Source: Octopus sinensis
Taxonomy: Eukaryota
Reading direction: 5' to 3'
NCBI RefSeq assembly: GCF_006345805.1
Contig: NW_021826670.1
Location: 1-12,057 of the forward strand
Length of the DNA stretch: 12,057 nt
The notes below the pieces were generated by a model. The model saw only the letters and a list, made by a program, of their open reading frames with translations, did not search any database and had not been told where the DNA came from. Each line of letters starts with the position of its first letter. Positions within the stretch are counted from its first letter, which is position 1. The translations under genes and the position numbers were made by a program. Shown here one piece after another: positions 9,268 to 12,057 of the stretch.

Positions 9268-9409
9268 TTCTCATTCCTACGGTATTTTTCGATGTTATCA
9301 TTATTATTAATATTATTATTATTCAGGTCACTGCCTGGAACCGAACTCGGAATCTTGGGGCTAGAAGCTCGCACTCATAACCACTACGCCATATGTCCGT
9401 GGGCAGTGA

Positions 9410-9412
<3 letters not shown>

Positions 9413-9470
<58 letters not shown>

Positions 9471-9501
9471 TAATAATAATAATAAAAGAAGAAGAACAAC
9501 A

Positions 9502-9554
<53 letters not shown>
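9413..9554. repeat. Compound trinucleotide microsatellite (AAT)n(AAG)n(AAC)n(TAC)n
   Basis: Directly visible. Confidence 0.97.
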
Positions 9555-9594
9555 ATCGAAAAACACCTTAGGAATGAGAACCCAGGTTCGAAAT

Positions 9595-9638
9595 TTCCTG
9601 ATGAAGGCTGGAAGGTATATCAACCGAAACGCTGTGTT
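9595..9638 (+). ncRNA. Degenerate hammerhead ribozyme-like core
   Basis: CTGATGA (9598-9604), then aGGCTG...CAACC (stem II with one mismatch), then GAAAC (9626-9630). Stems I and III are poorly formed in this copy. Confidence 0.45.
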
Positions 9639-9791
9639 AACAACAAACACGTTGAGGACAAATATCCGTCAATTGTAAATAATGTAAATAATGAATGTAT
9701 GAGATGTTCTGTATAAAATCAGGCTAACATCAGAGTAAAGTAATACTCAATACTTTTAATAAAGTACAAGTTTATTAACATTCACAAAGTT

Positions 9792-9837
9792 CACAGTGAC
9801 GTCGACGTTTCAGTTTGTTCGTGTTCATCAGACAGCG
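9792..9837 (-). ncRNA. Degenerate type I hammerhead ribozyme
   Basis: Minus strand cgctgt-CTGATGA-acacgaacaaact-GAAACG-tcga-CGTC-actgtg. Stem III is the palindrome ACGTCGACGT, the cleavage triplet is GUC, stem I pairs 5/6, and stem II is decayed. AATAAA follows downstream. Confidence 0.55.
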
Positions 9838-9871
9838 GTTTTTGTTTACGTCTTCGTATGTAAGAGGATCA

Positions 9872-10004
9872 GGAAAAGAGACGAATGGATCCTGGTGTTA
9901 GAATTCTGAAGAATAAGTACGGGGTCGTTTTGTTCGACTAAATCCTTCAAGACATGGCCCAGCAAGGCTGCAGTCCAATGGCCTGTCCAAATACAAGTAA
10001 AAGG
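9872..10004 (+). mobile_element. SINE family A 3' tail fragment
   Basis: AGAATAAGTACGGGGTCGTTTTGTTCGACTAAA...CCAGCAAGGCTGCAGTCCAATG...ACAAGTAAAAG. Confidence 0.7.
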
Positions 10005-10010
10005 TATTAT

Positions 10011-10067
<57 letters not shown>

Positions 10068-10130
10068 GATATATACATATATACATATATGAGTGTGTGT
10101 GTGTGCATATATATATATATATATATATAA
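10011..10130. repeat. (ATAG)n followed by (TA)/(TG) microsatellites
   Basis: About 14 ATAG units at 10011-10066. Confidence 0.97.
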
Positions 10131-10307
10131 TAATAAATATTAGGGAATAAATCCAAATTTACAGGGAAAAAATCAGATTTAGGATTAAATCCAATTTTAT
10201 AGTAAAATATTATAAAATATTATTAGAGACAAAACCACTATTTTGCAAAACAAACAAGGAAAGACTTAATCAATACATAAAATTTTAATAAATAGTCAAA
10301 AAAACCG

Positions 10308-10350
10308 CCACTACAATTGTTTCTTGTCTTGATCGACAATCTTCAGGTGG
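10308..10350 (-). ncRNA. Minimal type I hammerhead ribozyme, structurally intact
   Basis: Minus strand CCAC-CTGAAGA-TTGTC-gatcaa-GACAA-GAAAC-aatt-GTA-GTGG: stem I 4 bp, stem II 5 bp, palindromic stem III ACAATTGT, GUA cleavage site. Confidence 0.85.
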
Positions 10351-10379
10351 ACTTCCAATCAAAGAAAGCTGAAACAGAA

Positions 10380-10560
10380 CTGATTGAGCAGTTCAGACCC
10401 TTTTCAATCTTGAATGTAGATGGCAAGATTTATATGGGTCCAGTTGCCAAGAGATCAGCTACACATCTCCAAAATAATGACTATGAGACCGAGAGTGTCC
10501 AGGATGCTGGAATTTCCAGAACCACTGGATGGGTAGAACATGATTTTTCAATCTTCCATA
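10380..10560 (+). pseudogene. Non-LTR retrotransposon reverse transcriptase fragment (mirrored on the minus strand at ~11015-11192)
   Basis: LIEQFRPFSILNVDGKIYMGPVAKRSATHLQNNDYETESVQDAGISRTTGWVEH resembles the motif FRPISLLNVxGKI...AKRLxxYLxxNxYIDxSVQKxGxxGxxGCxEH of RLE-type (R2-superclade, e.g. HERO-like) RTs. Confidence 0.75.
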
Positions 10561-11221
10561 TAACGTGTTATTAGATTCGCTCATTTTAGGAGAAAACAAA
10601 ACTGGTTGAACTCAATAGACGTCATTGATTGGTTGAAATTGCAGAAATTGAAGAAAAAAAACAACAAATATCTTACAAACTATAGAATCTTCTCAATAAA
10701 GCCAAGAGAAAAAGATGTTTTATAAACATATTCTACCAGTATACGAAGTTTAAAAGTGTTTAGTTAACTAGAAATTATTTTTTAAATCTGTAGGTCAAAA
10801 GGTAAAGACCGTAGCAGAATATATGAGTAAGCTTTCTTAAAATAATTAGGTGTAAAGAAAATTAAAAAAGAAACTGAAAGTGAGATAGTTGAGAAAATGA
10901 AACTAATTTGTTGTTTTTTTTCTTCAATTTCTGCAATTTCAACCAATCAATGACGTCTATTGAGTTCAACCAGTTTTGTTTTCTCCTAAAATGAGCGAAT
11001 CTAATAACACGTTATATGGAAGATTGAAAAATCATGTTCTACCCATCCAGTGGTTCTGGAAATTCCAGCATCCTGACACTCTCGGTCTCATAGTCTTATT
11101 TTGGAGATGTGTAGCTGATTTCTTGGCAACTGGACCCTTAATATCTTGCCATCTACATTCAAGATTGAAAAGGGTCTGAACTGCTCAATCAGTTCTGTTT
11201 CAGCTTTCTTTGATTGGAAGT

Positions 11222-11262
11222 CCACCTGAAGATTGTCGATCAAGACAAGAAACAATTAGTGG
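11222..11262 (+). ncRNA. Hammerhead ribozyme copy with a 2-nt deletion in stem III
   Basis: CCAC-CTGAAGA-TTGTC-gatcaa-GACAA-GAAAC-aatt-A-GTGG. It lacks the GT present in the left-arm copy. Confidence 0.7.
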
Positions 11263-11411
11263 CGGTTTTTGTTTTTTGACTATTTATTAAAATTTTATGT
11301 ATTGATTAAGTCTTTCCTTGTTTGTTTTGCAAAATAGTGGTTTTGTCTCTAATAATATTTTTTATATATATATATATATTATAGGAAAAAAGCAACAAGA
11401 ATGGATTAAAA

Positions 11412-11499
11412 TCTCGGTACGATCGTTTCGTACGAGGACATCTTTAATAAGCTACAAAAAATGCAGTGAATACAGATGGCTCGTACTCGTCAGCCGAAA
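11412..11499 (-). ncRNA. Type I hammerhead ribozyme with extended stem II, structurally intact
   Basis: Minus strand TTTCGG-CTGACGA-GTACGAG-(43 nt including a CATCT/AGATG helix)-CTCGTAC-GAAAC-gatc-GTA-CCGAGA: stem I 6 bp (one G-U), stem II 7 bp with the canonical G-C closing pair, palindromic stem III ACGATCGT. Confidence 0.9.
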
Positions 11500-11567
11500 A
11501 AACATCAGAGAATTCCCAAACATCAAAAGGGGTAGATACAAAGTAATTGAATCTCAATTACTTAACC

Positions 11568-11581
11568 GTATATATATAATA

Positions 11582-11626
<45 letters not shown>

Positions 11627-11704
11627 ATGTATGTATGCATGCATGTATGTATGTATGTATGTATGTGTATATGTGTATACAAACACACACACACACATAT
11701 ATAT
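11568..11704. repeat. (TA)n/(TATG)n/(CA)n microsatellite
   Basis: Directly visible. Confidence 0.95.
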
Positions 11705-12057
11705 TTTTACTCTTTTATTCTTTCCGTTGTTTCGGTCATTTTGACTGCGGCCATGCTGGAGCATCGCCTTTAGTCGAACAAATCGACCACAAACTTATTC
11801 TTTGCAAGCCCAGTACTTATTCTATCGGTCTCTTTTGCAGAACCGGTAAGTTACGGGGACGTGAACACACCAGCATCGGTTGTCAAGCGGTGATGGGGGA
11901 ACAAACACAGACACACAAATACATACATATATATGTATACAAATACATTCATACATACACACACACATACATACGTGCGCGCGCACAGACACACAAACAC
12001 AAAACACAAACATACACATATATGACAGGTTTCTTTCAGTTTCCGTCTACCAAAATC
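11705..12057 (-). mobile_element. SINE family A, running off the window end
   Basis: TTGTTTCGGTCATTTTGACTGCGGCCATGCTGGAGCATCG...TAAGTTACGGGGACG...(CA/TA)n...TTCTTTCAGTTTCCGTCTACCAAA. Confidence 0.9.

Larger units (their letters stand above)
9261..9695. mobile_element. Inverted-duplicated element with tRNA-like head and hammerhead-like tail (Penelope-type architecture)
   Basis: Arms 9261-9335 and 9402-9587 are inverted copies. The loop 9336-9401 is tRNA-like on the minus strand (A-box TGGCGTAGTGG, B-box-like GAGTTCGGTTCC). CTGATGA...GAAAC lies at 9598-9630. Confidence 0.7.
10214..11361. repeat. Long near-perfect inverted repeat (arms 10214-10669 and 10906-11361, 236-bp spacer); Penelope-like or retrozyme-like element
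   Basis: The arms are reverse complements over ~456 bp with about six small differing sites. Each arm carries a hammerhead motif near its outer end. Confidence 0.95.

Noticed and set aside
9336-9398. Possible tRNA gene
   Set aside because: A/B boxes are present, but there is no convincing acceptor stem and the B-box is degenerate. Treated as a SINE-type head.
10976-11179. 67-aa ORF, or a GIY-YIG C-terminus upstream of the HHR
   Set aside because: It is the antisense of the RT fragment, with no recognisable GIY-YIG motifs.

Overview
Repeat-dense, non-coding eukaryotic DNA. The SINE families look like those of Octopus/cephalopod genomes; this is inferred from recalled consensus motifs, not from a search. 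No intact host gene is supportable, and the long ORFs in the track are microsatellite or low-complexity artefacts. Contents: several tRNA-derived SINE families (some nested), about 8 diverged copies of another ~170-200 bp dispersed repeat, two decayed Tc1/mariner relics, and long micro/minisatellites. One of the mariner relics is built from two 5' ends fused tail-to-tail. The most striking signal is at 9.26-11.57 kb: a cluster of five hammerhead-ribozyme (HHR) motifs from four unrelated sequence families. Two look structurally intact (10308-10350 minus and 11412-11499 minus), both minimal type I with a palindromic stem III as described for Penelope-like elements. The HHRs are associated with inverted-duplicated repeats, including a ~456-bp-arm near-perfect inverted repeat that carries a non-LTR reverse-transcriptase fragment, and a tRNA-headed element with an HHR-like tail.
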